DNA of 64,000 bases, from the NCBI GenBank assembly GCA_002787155.1, contig PCVY01000065.1, positions 1,286 to 65,285 on the forward strand. Direction: 5' to 3'. Position numbers and translations under genes: made by a program. The notes beneath the pieces are model-generated. The model was given only the letters and a program-made list of their open reading frames with translations, had not been told where the DNA came from and made no database searches. How positions within the stretch are numbered: position 1 is the first letter of the stretch; the number at the start of each line of letters is the position of its first letter. This stretch comes from Candidatus Abzuiibacterium crystallinum. Lineage in GTDB: Bacteria > Omnitrophota > Omnitrophia > Omnitrophales > Abzuiibacteriaceae. Shown in pieces: positions 1-9,011 of the stretch.

Positions 1-230
1 CAGCGCGGAATGGCGAAAAGCGATAAATACCACGGAAGCGCTGCTGTACCGCTTAAACTGGCCACGGCAAAAACAATGTCTTCGGGAAGACGGGAGCTGT
101 CCGAGAACATATGAAAAATACAAAAGATAAAGGTAATAGACGCTAAAACAAAAACAATAAAGAATACCCAATCCCAAAAGGTCCAGTCCCGTTTACTAAA
201 AATGTTGGGGGAAAATTTGGGTGCCGTCAT
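1..230 (-). CDS. Partial CDS for a hypothetical integral membrane protein. The N-terminus lies in the window; the body runs off the 5' edge.
   Basis: On the minus strand an ATG (plus-strand CAT at 228-230) opens a frame that stays open to position 1. The translation MTAPKFSPNIFSKRDWTFWDWVFFIVFVLASITFIFCIFHMF... is strongly hydrophobic. The six-frame track omits it because it has no stop inside the window. Confidence 0.3.
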   Translation of the reverse strand, partial: MTAPKFSPNIFSKRDWTFWDWVFFIVFVLASITFIFCIFHMFSDSSRLPEDIVFAVASLSGTAALPWYLSLFAIPR

Positions 231-432
231 TTGCCGGCCGCGAAGTCCTACAAATTGAGATGCCAAACGGCTCGTGTGCGGTTTGAAAATTTGATACGCT
301 GCACGTTCAGAAGTACCTGCTGCGTAAGCTTGAGTGGCGTGGAGAAAAATTGGCAGATTAAAAAGTGTGAAAAGGAAAACAAGAAAATATTTTTTCTTCA
401 AGTGTGAGGAGTTTTTCAATGAAACACCATCA

Positions 433-777
433 CTAAACGGGCATTCGGCTGATCAAATTTTGAGCACGCGGAGTTGAAGAGCGCGGTACCGCAATCCCAA
501 ATCCTTTTAAAGGATTGCCGTGCACATCTTTACGGCCTTGTTCATAAAGGCAGCATTCGATCTCTTCTTCCTGAAGCCTGGCCAAAACCCCTTGGGCATC
601 TTCAAAGGCATCCGTGTCATACACTTGAACCCACGGTCCCTTTTCAGCTTTAGAGCGAAATCGCCCGCGTGAAGGCTGTGCCTCATCCGCTGGTTTTTCT
701 ATCTTGCGGCGCGTTAAGATACTAACCGCCGCATAAACCGCGATAAAAATAGCTAAATAAATAAATATCATTCTCAT
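433..777 (-). CDS. Small membrane-anchored hypothetical protein, possibly DUF2007-like
   Basis: 114 aa with an N-terminal transmembrane helix (IFIYLAIFIAVYAAVSIL) and a short soluble tail. A possible TTGCCG-17-TACAAT promoter sits upstream on the minus strand. Confidence 0.4.
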   Translation of the reverse strand: MRMIFIYLAIFIAVYAAVSILTRRKIEKPADEAQPSRGRFRSKAEKGPWVQVYDTDAFEDAQGVLARLQEEEIECCLYEQGRKDVHGNPLKGFGIAVPRSSTPRAQNLISRMPV

Positions 778-872
778 GATTTAACCCGTTCGGTCCGGCT
801 TATTGTATGCCATTATACCAATTGTAGCTTATCAGTACTTAATCGGCAAATCTCCTCCTTTTCAAGAGGGGT

Positions 873-1952
873 TTAACCGCCCAATTTTTGAAGTGCCCAT
901 TCGGCATGTTCGCGCACCAATTTAGAGCCATGCTTGAGCGCTTTTTTTAAAACAGGAATAGCGGATCGATCATTGGAATTACCTAAAACCACACAAGCAT
1001 TTCTCAGTAACTGTTTGTGGCGCGCGCGCAAAATAGCCGTTCCTTTAAATTGCTTTTCATAAACGCCTTGACTGGCTAAATCAAAAATGTTTTCCAAATT
1101 TAAATGGGGACCAAATCCTTCGGCAGCCGTCAGTTCGCGGCAATCGGTTTCCTGCTGTCCATTCGTGAAAGGACAAATATTTAAACAGTCATCGCAGCCA
1201 AAAACCCAATGTCCTATTTTGTCCCGAAATTCGCTTGGAATGGCTTCTTTATTTTCGATTGTCAAATACGCAATACATTTGCGCGCATCAAGCGCTTTAT
1301 CTTCTTCGATTGCCTCTGTGGGGCATACATCAATACATAACTGACAAGTACCGCAGCTGCCTTCAAAAGCCATGTCCGGCTCAAGATCTAAATCGGTTAC
1401 CAGTTCTGATAAAAAGAGCCATGGCCCGTATTGAAGTGAGAGCAATTGGGTTTGCTTGCCAATGAATCCAAGGCCGGCTTTTTCTGCCAAATCACGTTCG
1501 GCAAGGGGTTTGGTGTCAATAGCGCTGTGAAAGCGTACGGGTTTTCCGGCATGTGCCGTTAGCTGCTTTTTCAGTATCTCTAATTTTTCTTTGATGACCC
1601 AATGATAATCTTTTCCCCAAGCATAACGCGCGACTCGACCCTTGAGTGCCGCGGAACCGAGATCTGTGGGTGAGGTCAGACCTCCGTTGTTAACAGAACC
1701 TGTGCTTGAATTAGAATAATAATTAAGCCCTAACACAATAACTGATTTAGCTTCAGGAAATTCCGACCAAAATTGCTCGGAACGGCGGGCAAAGTCTTCT
1801 AAGTAACTCATGTTACCGTGTTTGCCCTGTGCCGCCCATTCATCGATCCGTGCGCCGGCTTGAGCAGCCGTGGCAGGCAGTGTAATACCGCACACATGAA
1901 ATCCGACTTCTAAAGCGAGACGTTTGATTGTTTCGGCATTTAAGCGGTCCAC
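873..1952 (-). CDS. queG: tRNA epoxyqueuosine reductase
   Basis: Two 4Fe-4S motifs (CGTCQLCIDVCPT and GCDDCLNICPF) and C-terminal HEAT-like repeats (LRNACVVLGNSNDRSAIPVLKKALKHGSKLVREHAEWAL) are typical of QueG. Confidence 0.88.
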   Translation of the reverse strand: MDRLNAETIKRLALEVGFHVCGITLPATAAQAGARIDEWAAQGKHGNMSYLEDFARRSEQFWSEFPEAKSVIVLGLNYYSNSSTGSVNNGGLTSPTDLGSAALKGRVARYAWGKDYHWVIKEKLEILKKQLTAHAGKPVRFHSAIDTKPLAERDLAEKAGLGFIGKQTQLLSLQYGPWLFLSELVTDLDLEPDMAFEGSCGTCQLCIDVCPTEAIEEDKALDARKCIAYLTIENKEAIPSEFRDKIGHWVFGCDDCLNICPFTNGQQETDCRELTAAEGFGPHLNLENIFDLASQGVYEKQFKGTAILRARHKQLLRNACVVLGNSNDRSAIPVLKKALKHGSKLVREHAEWALQKLGG

Positions 1953-1953
1953 T

Positions 1954-2601
1954 TTATTTCTCCCGCGAAGGGCACCATGTCCGAACAGCGCATTCGCTGC
2001 AACGGGGCCGGCGCGCCCGGCAAGTCAACCGGCCGTGCCAAATGATAAGGTGTGAAAATTGAGTCCATTGGCTTTGGGGAATTATTTGATTAAGATCGTA
2101 TTCAATTTTAACGGGATCCGTGTGGCACGTTAAACCCAATCGGCAGGTCACGCGTTTCACGTGTGTATCAACCGCAATTCCCGGAACGCCAAAGGCATTC
2201 CCTAAAATCACATTTGCCGTTTTGCGGCCAATGCCGGGGAGCGACACCAACTCTTCCATTTTTTGAGGCACGCGGCCGTTGAAACGCTCTAAAAGCGCCC
2301 GGGCACACGCTTGAATGTTTTTGGCTTTGGCTCGGTAAAACCCGGTGGAATAAATGTCACGTTCAAATTGCTTCAAATTTGCTTTGGCATAATGGCTGAC
2401 AGTTTTGTATTTTCTGAACAAAGCGGGCGTCACCTGATTAACGCGCTCATCTGTACATTGAGCGGATAAAATGGTTGCCACCGCCAGCTGCCATGGATTG
2501 TTAAAATGAAGGGCTATTTTTCGCGCAGGAATCGCCCGAGAGAGACTTTCGATAATTTGAAGAGCACGCGCTTTTTGAGCCGATAAACTTTTGGTTTTCA
2601 T
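1954..2601 (-). CDS. nth: Endonuclease III (DNA-(apurinic or apyrimidinic site) lyase)
   Basis: HhH-GPD motif (LPGIGRKTANVIL...VDTHVKRV) and a C-terminal 4Fe-4S cluster loop (C-x6-C-x2-C-x5-C). It lies one nucleotide downstream of queG. Confidence 0.9.
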   Translation of the reverse strand: MKTKSLSAQKARALQIIESLSRAIPARKIALHFNNPWQLAVATILSAQCTDERVNQVTPALFRKYKTVSHYAKANLKQFERDIYSTGFYRAKAKNIQACARALLERFNGRVPQKMEELVSLPGIGRKTANVILGNAFGVPGIAVDTHVKRVTCRLGLTCHTDPVKIEYDLNQIIPQSQWTQFSHLIIWHGRLTCRARRPRCSECAVRTWCPSREK

Positions 2602-2813
2602 CTTTAGCGATTCTTTAACTTAGGGTGAATGATGCCGATAAGCATAACAATTGCCATACCGGTTTTGCCTGCGTAAAAGCTGTAGACAAAGCGTAGGTTA
2701 TTTTAATAAGATATCACAAATTGACAATGCATGACTACGGAATCATGCTATTCAATCAAGCGGCCAAAAAAACGGGTGATCGAGCTTTTTTCATGTTAAT
2801 AAAGCGTTTAGGC

Positions 2814-4157
2814 ATGAAACAAATTGTTTTACTGCTTGTTTGCACTACTTTTCTCTTTTCAATACCCGCCTCAGCCGATCCGAATGACGATTTATATACC
2901 CAAAAATTAAGACACCCTGAAGAAACTTCCGCGAATGCCATCCGTAGCCGCGCCCTCACCCGCTGGATTTTCGGATTACCGGGCCTCCCGATTGATTTAT
3001 TAAAAGCAGGCGCTGATCCGACGATGAGCTACCTCGAAAACAAGCGCATCGTTAAAAAAATTGATTGGGCATGGACTGAAATAAAAAAATATGGTTTCAA
3101 ACCTGAAACTCGTTTTGCGCCGGGCGGTTTCCGCTCCGGTTTGGGATTAAAAATCGAAGGGCATCGGTTATTCAAAACAGATCTTTCTTTACCTCATTTG
3201 CAATATAATGTCTTTGGCGGATTTGTGAACAAAGGAAAGAACGCGCATTATTATGATGTCGGAGCCGACTACAAAATATCATTTGCCAATAACCCCAGCC
3301 TTTATCACGCGAGCACCGCTGCCTTTGAGCATAGACCTCGGGAAGATTTTTTTGGTATCGGACCTGATACCAGTTTGGGAGATGAATCCGATTACAATAA
3401 AGACATGCTTCGCCTGGATACCCGGCTCGGTTATCAATGGACGTTTTCCCTCAAGACGGAGGGGTTCTTTCGCTACAGGCACATCCAGATTGGCAATGGC
3501 CACGAAGAGGACAGTTTTAGAATTAAAGAACATTTCACCGAGGATCAGGTGCCGGGCATTCATGGCAGCAATGTGATCGATTTGGGATTTCTTTTTGAGC
3601 ATGATACCCGTGACATGATTGAAGACCCGATGCAGGGCGGTTACGAAAAGTTTGAAATTTCATTCTCTGACGATGCAAGCGGTGATAATTTTCATTACAT
3701 GAACATTGAATTCCGTGCGGCCCGCTATTTCCAATTGCTCTCAGACCGCCGGATTTTAGCGCTTCGCTTTTATGCCGGGCGTTCGCAGCCTTTGGGCGGC
3801 GGCCAAGTACCTTTTTTTGATTTGCAGCGTTTGGGCGGCTACGGCAATCAAACCTCCGAAAGCGACATGTTACGGGGCTATGAATACAACCGTTTCTTTG
3901 ACCAAACCGCCATTGCCTTTACACCTGAGTATCGTTACAAAATTTGGAACTATAATAATTTTGATGCGGATTCGGTTATTTTTGCGGACATCGGCGGTGT
4001 GTCAAAAGAAATTCATTCGATGGGGTTTGACAAATTGCGCGTTGATTACGGTGTCGGGCTTCGTGTGAAACATCTTCGCGATACTTTTCTTTCGATTGAA
4101 GCAGCGCACGGGAACGAAGGAATCCAATTTTACATTAGGTCCAAAGCGCCTTTTTAA
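2814..4157 (+). CDS. Omp85-family (Bac_surface_Ag) outer-membrane beta-barrel protein
   Basis: Signal peptide MKQIVLLLVCTTFLFSIPASA at the refined ATG start (2814). Barrel-type motifs RGYEYNRFF...EYRY and DYGVGLRV, and a C-terminal aromatic residue (…KAPF). The track ORF starts at 2721 but has no signal peptide there. Confidence 0.65.
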   Translation: MKQIVLLLVCTTFLFSIPASADPNDDLYTQKLRHPEETSANAIRSRALTRWIFGLPGLPIDLLKAGADPTMSYLENKRIVKKIDWAWTEIKKYGFKPETRFAPGGFRSGLGLKIEGHRLFKTDLSLPHLQYNVFGGFVNKGKNAHYYDVGADYKISFANNPSLYHASTAAFEHRPREDFFGIGPDTSLGDESDYNKDMLRLDTRLGYQWTFSLKTEGFFRYRHIQIGNGHEEDSFRIKEHFTEDQVPGIHGSNVIDLGFLFEHDTRDMIEDPMQGGYEKFEISFSDDASGDNFHYMNIEFRAARYFQLLSDRRILALRFYAGRSQPLGGGQVPFFDLQRLGGYGNQTSESDMLRGYEYNRFFDQTAIAFTPEYRYKIWNYNNFDADSVIFADIGGVSKEIHSMGFDKLRVDYGVGLRVKHLRDTFLSIEAAHGNEGIQFYIRSKAPF

Positions 4158-4170
4158 AGCGGGATAAACC

Positions 4171-5814
4171 ATGAAATTTTCAAGCACATTGTTAGGCATT
4201 TTAATCGGTTGCTCCGTCCTCTTGCCGACGGGACAAGCGGATTCTGCCAGTCTTTCCCGGCTTGATCAAAAAATTTCCGGTCGGGAAACAACTTTTTACC
4301 GTGAGTTTTTTGATCAAGTGGTCTATTACCCGCTTGCCAGACTTTTGCGGTGGGATCAATACATCACACGCCATGTCGGCATGGAAGCATTGGATGTGAA
4401 TGTATTTGACGAAGTACCCGATTCGGCCTTCTTTGAAAACCGACTGGGCAAACAATCAATGTCTATTTCCGAAATCGCAAAAGGGCCCGGCGGCACCCCG
4501 CCCGAAACAAAAGGGCCTTGGGTAGTTACCAAGGGTAAGGATGACGGTTACACCGTCGGGTTTTTTATCAAAGATGCCAAGGGTGATAAATATCTTTTGA
4601 AGTTTGACCCGGCTGATCATCCGGAAATGGCCACATCTGCTGAAATCATTGCCCACAAGTTTTTTTATGCTTTTGGCTACCATGTCCCGAGTTACGCCAT
4701 CGTTTATTTCAAACCCGATATTTTGGAGGCAGGACCAAACGCAACCTACTACAACGGAAACGGTTTTAAAAAGAAACTCGATAACAGCGCTATTCAAGAA
4801 TTGCTGCAAAAAGCACCGGTGACAAAAAACGGCCGTTATCGTGCCGTGGCGAGCCGTATTTTAGACGGTATTCCCAAAGGATACATGAGTTTAGAGGGCA
4901 GACGCTCAAGCGATCCGGACGATTTGATTCCGCACGAAGACCGCCGCGAGATTCGCGCGCTCGAAGTGATCGGGGCCTGGACAAATCAATATGATCTGCG
5001 TTCCGGCAACACGCTTGATATGTTAATCGATGAGAATGGGAAAGCTTACTTGAAACATTATATCATTGATTTTGGGTCCTCTTTCGGCAGCGCCGGCTAC
5101 CGGGCCAAGCACCCTTCCGCTGCTCATGAAACCGTGATCGACTTCGGGGCCATTGCGCGCGCCTTTGTTGAATTGAAAGTAGAAGATAAAGTATGGGAAG
5201 ACCGCTGGGATCAAAACGGAAGAACCATTGCTTATCAATCGTTGGGTTATTTCGATAATATCCATTTTAATCCTGCCGCCTGGCGCTCGCAGTTGGATCA
5301 AGAAGCCTTTCTCAGACTAACCGAAGCTGACGGGTATTGGGCTTCTAAAATCATTGCACGATTCAGCGATGAGATGATCCGCGCTGTTGTGAAAACGGGC
5401 GAAATCACCAACCAAGAAGCAGAATCATTTTTAATTGATACGCTGATCGAACGCCGGGATATGATTGTCCGTTACTGGTTCTCAAAAGCAGTCCCTCTTG
5501 AGTCCATCCAAGTAAAGCCGGTGAATACCACAACTTATTCGCTGAATTTTGAAGACCTGGCGGTGGCTCACGGTATAGACTCACCCATGAGCGTCAAATA
5601 CAGATGGCGCACTAAACGCGGGTCATGGCAGGAATACCAGGCCTCTCCAGCTTCTCTTCAGCTAGATACCGACCGCCTGAAAGAAACAGTTTTCATAGAA
5701 CGGTGGTCATCGGCGTCTCAGAAATGGTCATCACTCCCCCTTCGCCTCAAATTAAGCCGCTCAGCCTCTCAAGAACCGTTTCACTTAAGCGGCATTAATC
5801 GCGGGCACGATTAA
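4171..5814 (+). CDS. Sec-exported (probable lipoprotein) protein with PI3/PI4-kinase-like catalytic motifs
   Basis: N-terminus MKFSSTLLGILIGCSV with a lipobox-like LIGC. Residues 144-160 read K-FDPADHPEMATSAEII (compare PI3K FKNGDDLRQDMLTLQII). Residues 275-305 read DLRSGNTLDMLIDENGKAYLKHYIIDFGSSFG (compare DRHxxNIMV...HIDFGHFLG). The gene starts 13 nt after the Omp85 gene. Confidence 0.45.
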   Translation: MKFSSTLLGILIGCSVLLPTGQADSASLSRLDQKISGRETTFYREFFDQVVYYPLARLLRWDQYITRHVGMEALDVNVFDEVPDSAFFENRLGKQSMSISEIAKGPGGTPPETKGPWVVTKGKDDGYTVGFFIKDAKGDKYLLKFDPADHPEMATSAEIIAHKFFYAFGYHVPSYAIVYFKPDILEAGPNATYYNGNGFKKKLDNSAIQELLQKAPVTKNGRYRAVASRILDGIPKGYMSLEGRRSSDPDDLIPHEDRREIRALEVIGAWTNQYDLRSGNTLDMLIDENGKAYLKHYIIDFGSSFGSAGYRAKHPSAAHETVIDFGAIARAFVELKVEDKVWEDRWDQNGRTIAYQSLGYFDNIHFNPAAWRSQLDQEAFLRLTEADGYWASKIIARFSDEMIRAVVKTGEITNQEAESFLIDTLIERRDMIVRYWFSKAVPLESIQVKPVNTTTYSLNFEDLAVAHGIDSPMSVKYRWRTKRGSWQEYQASPASLQLDTDRLKETVFIERWSSASQKWSSLPLRLKLSRSASQEPFHLSGINRGHD

Positions 5815-5821
5815 AACGCTC

Positions 5822-8266
5822 ATGTTTGCAGACTTCATTACAAAACTGATACAACCCATTGTTAAAATCCGCCGCAGCGAATGGCTGAAAGCGGGCATGA
5901 TGTTTATTTATGCCTTTACCATTTTTGCCACTCTCTACGTTTTTAAACCGGTCCGTTCTTCCCTTTATCTAGACGCCCGCGGCGCAGAAAACTTGTGGTT
6001 AGCTTACTTTTTTGAAGGTGTCGTTCTTTTTGTCATCACCTACCTTTATGTCAAACTAGCAGACAGATTTAAAAACAAGAATCACTTCTTTACCTTCACG
6101 ACTCTTTTTTTAATTTTCAATATCTTAATTTTCTACTTCTGCTTTCAAATGAACGTGAAAGAAAGCTGGCTGGTGCTCTTCTTTTACGGCTGGGTGGCCA
6201 CGTATTCGGTGACCGTTGCCACGCAATTTTGGACCATGGCTAATGATATTTTTAACATGGACGAAGCCAAACGGTTATTCGGATTTATCATCAGCGGCGG
6301 CAGTTTGGGCGGTGTGGTGGGCGGTGGTTTAACCAAATTGTTTGCCGAGCGGTTTGGAACGGAAAATTTGCTTCTCATGCCGGTCCTTTTTCTGACAATT
6401 TCGATTATTGTGACTGAAATTGTCTGGCGAAGCGAACGGACAAAGGCAGGCCCGCTTAAGGAAGTTAAGAAATCGGGTAAGCATGAAAGCCTCACTCGTG
6501 TTTTGCGGCTTTTATTTAAATCCAGGTACTTGCTCTTAATTGCCGGCATTGTGTTGTTTGCAAAAGCCGTCTCAACCATTGTGGATAATCAATTCAGCGG
6601 GGTCGTTGAACTGGCCATCCGTGAAAAAGATGTCCGCACTGCTTTCTTCGGCGGTTTCTTTTCGGCCCTCAACATGGTTTCTTTTATTTTGCAGCTTTAT
6701 GTCACCAGCAAAGTCCTGCGTTATTTAGGAATTAGTATCGCCCTTTTGATGCTTCCCGGCGGACTATTGATCGGTGCTTCTTTGACGATCTTATTCCCCA
6801 TCCTTCCCTTTGCCATGGCAGCCCGTATGTACGACGGCGGACTCAACTATTCGATTAATTTATTAAGCAAAGAAATTCTTTACCTGCCGGTCGCAAGTGA
6901 AACCCGTTACCGCGTAAAACCAGTGATTGACATGTTGGTTTTTCGTCTCGCCAAAGTATTTGCAGCCGCTTTGATTTTCATAGCCCTGAAGTTTGTCGGA
7001 TTGCGCGTTGATCAGCTGGGCATTGTTGTCCTGGTGATTCTGCCGTTTTGGTTGTGGACAGCTTGGCGGGTGAAACACGAGTATGTTCAATCAATTCGCC
7101 AGCTTTTAACTAATGAAAAACGCGTCAAACGTTTTAAAGAAACTTCCCAGAAGCGCGTGACGGACGTTTTGATGAATCTTTTTGAAGAAAAATCCTGCCA
7201 AGAATTAAGGGATTTATTTTATGACATTCCCTCGCATATGAGAAAAATGTCGGCGGCCGCTTGTCTGGCTTTTTATGGCGGCGGCAGAGACGTGGGTAAG
7301 GTAGGTAAATTAGTTCAAGAAATGGTGCGTTATGAAGCGCTGGAGTATCAAAAAAACAGGCCCTTGTTAAATCCGCGAACGGAGAGTACCGGTCATTACC
7401 AATGGGTGGATGAGTACCTGGTAAAATATCTCAAACTCGAACACCCCAGCGCTAAAAGCAAACTCAGTGAAAAAGAAAATGAAATTCTTGAAAGAATTTC
7501 GGGCATGCTGCAAGACACGAAATGCGATGGGTTGAGTAAACGCAAAGCCATCTCCATTTTAAGAACACTGGGAACGCAAAATGCTTTCGATTTGCTTCTG
7601 GGGGCCTTGCCGGTGACCCGTGATAATTCTATTCGTTTTGACATGATCAAGGGCATGAATCATATTCACACAAAATTATCCAATTATTCTATCCCGCAAA
7701 ATGCCGTTGAAGCCGAGGTCCGTTATGAAATTGAAAATCATAAAGCCATTTTAACTGTGATTCACTTCTATAAATCGCAGGAGAAAAAAACTTCTTCCGT
7801 TGATGAGGATTTTCTTTTAGCGACCCTCAAGATTATCCGGGAAGAAAGTCTTGAACGCATCTTTCGGTTATTGGGATTGATCTATCCAACCGAAGCGATT
7901 CAGACCATCTTCGAGCGTTTAACGGATGAAGAGGCTAGTGAAGACCTTCATGGCAAATCCATCGCCATCGAACTGTTAGGGCATATCGTCAAACCGGAAC
8001 TGTACCACCGCCTGCATCTCTTAGTCGATCATGACCGGTGGCATAAACACCGTCAAACAAACCCCAAAGAAGTCATTAAACATTTCTTGATGGGGGAAGA
8101 CTGCTGGTTTTCCGTGTGTGCTGCTTTTGTGATTGCAGAACTGAGAATGACAGAGCTATACTCGCTTTTTGAACATTTGAGCGGCCGAGAAGCGCCCATT
8201 GTCAAAGAAGCCGTTGCGATTGCTAAATCAAAAGCGGAATCTTTCGATACAGGTACAAACAAATAA
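5822..8266 (+). CDS. TLC/NTT-family (ATP:ADP antiporter-like) transporter fused to a C-terminal HEAT/armadillo-repeat domain
   Basis: The N-terminal 430 aa are polytopic. The segment RRSEWLKAGMMFIYAFTIFATLYVFKPVRSSLYLDARGAENLWL..YVKLADRF aligns with the conserved start of nucleotide transporters (PF03219), including the GAE motif. The C-terminal ~380 aa are alpha-helical repeats (…AAACLAFYGGGRDVG…LRTLGTQNAFDLLLGAL…). Confidence 0.7.
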   Translation: MFADFITKLIQPIVKIRRSEWLKAGMMFIYAFTIFATLYVFKPVRSSLYLDARGAENLWLAYFFEGVVLFVITYLYVKLADRFKNKNHFFTFTTLFLIFNILIFYFCFQMNVKESWLVLFFYGWVATYSVTVATQFWTMANDIFNMDEAKRLFGFIISGGSLGGVVGGGLTKLFAERFGTENLLLMPVLFLTISIIVTEIVWRSERTKAGPLKEVKKSGKHESLTRVLRLLFKSRYLLLIAGIVLFAKAVSTIVDNQFSGVVELAIREKDVRTAFFGGFFSALNMVSFILQLYVTSKVLRYLGISIALLMLPGGLLIGASLTILFPILPFAMAARMYDGGLNYSINLLSKEILYLPVASETRYRVKPVIDMLVFRLAKVFAAALIFIALKFVGLRVDQLGIVVLVILPFWLWTAWRVKHEYVQSIRQLLTNEKRVKRFKETSQKRVTDVLMNLFEEKSCQELRDLFYDIPSHMRKMSAAACLAFYGGGRDVGKVGKLVQEMVRYEALEYQKNRPLLNPRTESTGHYQWVDEYLVKYLKLEHPSAKSKLSEKENEILERISGMLQDTKCDGLSKRKAISILRTLGTQNAFDLLLGALPVTRDNSIRFDMIKGMNHIHTKLSNYSIPQNAVEAEVRYEIENHKAILTVIHFYKSQEKKTSSVDEDFLLATLKIIREESLERIFRLLGLIYPTEAIQTIFERLTDEEASEDLHGKSIAIELLGHIVKPELYHRLHLLVDHDRWHKHRQTNPKEVIKHFLMGEDCWFSVCAAFVIAELRMTELYSLFEHLSGREAPIVKEAVAIAKSKAESFDTGTNK

Positions 8267-8273
8267 GTTTCCG

Positions 8274-9011
8274 ATGGTATTCATTCATTTCTCGAAACAA
8301 CTGAAGCAGGACATCTGGTTATGGGTCAGTACCGGCTTACTGGGTGTTTTTCTGCTGGGAATGAGCGGCTGCCAGTCGGTACCGCTCATGGGGGGTGTGG
8401 GTGCGCAGGGCGAGTTGATTTATTTAACGCCGATCCGTGACATCCCCAAACACATCCAAGAATGCGCCGAATTACAAGACCTCTCAAATGAAGAATCAAA
8501 AATTAACTATCTGATCTATCGCGTGCAAAAATCCGCTCTTCCCTTTACCCGAAACGGTTCCACTTATAGCAGTGAAAACGCGGCACAATTTCTCAGGTGG
8601 AAACTAAACCGGCCGAATTGGCGGCCGTTGGTCCGCAGCGCCCGTGAATTCGTTATCATTATTACCCGTGGTTCATCTAAATCCGGCTTACCTTATGAAG
8701 TAAAATTACCGGACAGAACACACCATGAACTTAAAGCCATTATGATCAATGAGCTTGATTTTCTGGAAGAATATTTAAAAACACGGGAAGCAGGATCTGC
8801 GGCTCATTTGCCCGTCAGCTCCAAAAAAACAGAGGAGGAATCCGCTCAGAATTTACAGCCGGTTCCAGAATCAGACATTCACCGCCGGCATAGTGAACCT
8901 CAACCATTCAGACGCCCGTTTGTTGCCTCACCGCGTTTTGACGATGACGACTATGGACAAACCTCATCCGTATCACCCGCCCAGCAAAACCGTCAGCAGC
9001 CCCGCACATGA
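8274..9011 (+). CDS. Hypothetical lipoprotein with a low-complexity acidic/Q-rich C-terminus
   Basis: Start refined to the ATG at 8274, just after the stop of the preceding gene. Signal peptide with LLGMSGC lipobox. The C-terminal tail is …RFDDDDYGQTSSVSPAQQNRQQPRT. Confidence 0.5.
   Translation: MVFIHFSKQLKQDIWLWVSTGLLGVFLLGMSGCQSVPLMGGVGAQGELIYLTPIRDIPKHIQECAELQDLSNEESKINYLIYRVQKSALPFTRNGSTYSSENAAQFLRWKLNRPNWRPLVRSAREFVIIITRGSSKSGLPYEVKLPDRTHHELKAIMINELDFLEEYLKTREAGSAAHLPVSSKKTEEESAQNLQPVPESDIHRRHSEPQPFRRPFVASPRFDDDDYGQTSSVSPAQQNRQQPRT

Noticed and set aside
2721-2813. Track ORF start at 2721 for the Omp85-family gene
   Set aside because: The first 31 codons (MTMHDYGIMLFNQAAKK…) lack a signal peptide. 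The ATG at 2814 gives a textbook signal sequence, so the upstream extension is probably not translated.
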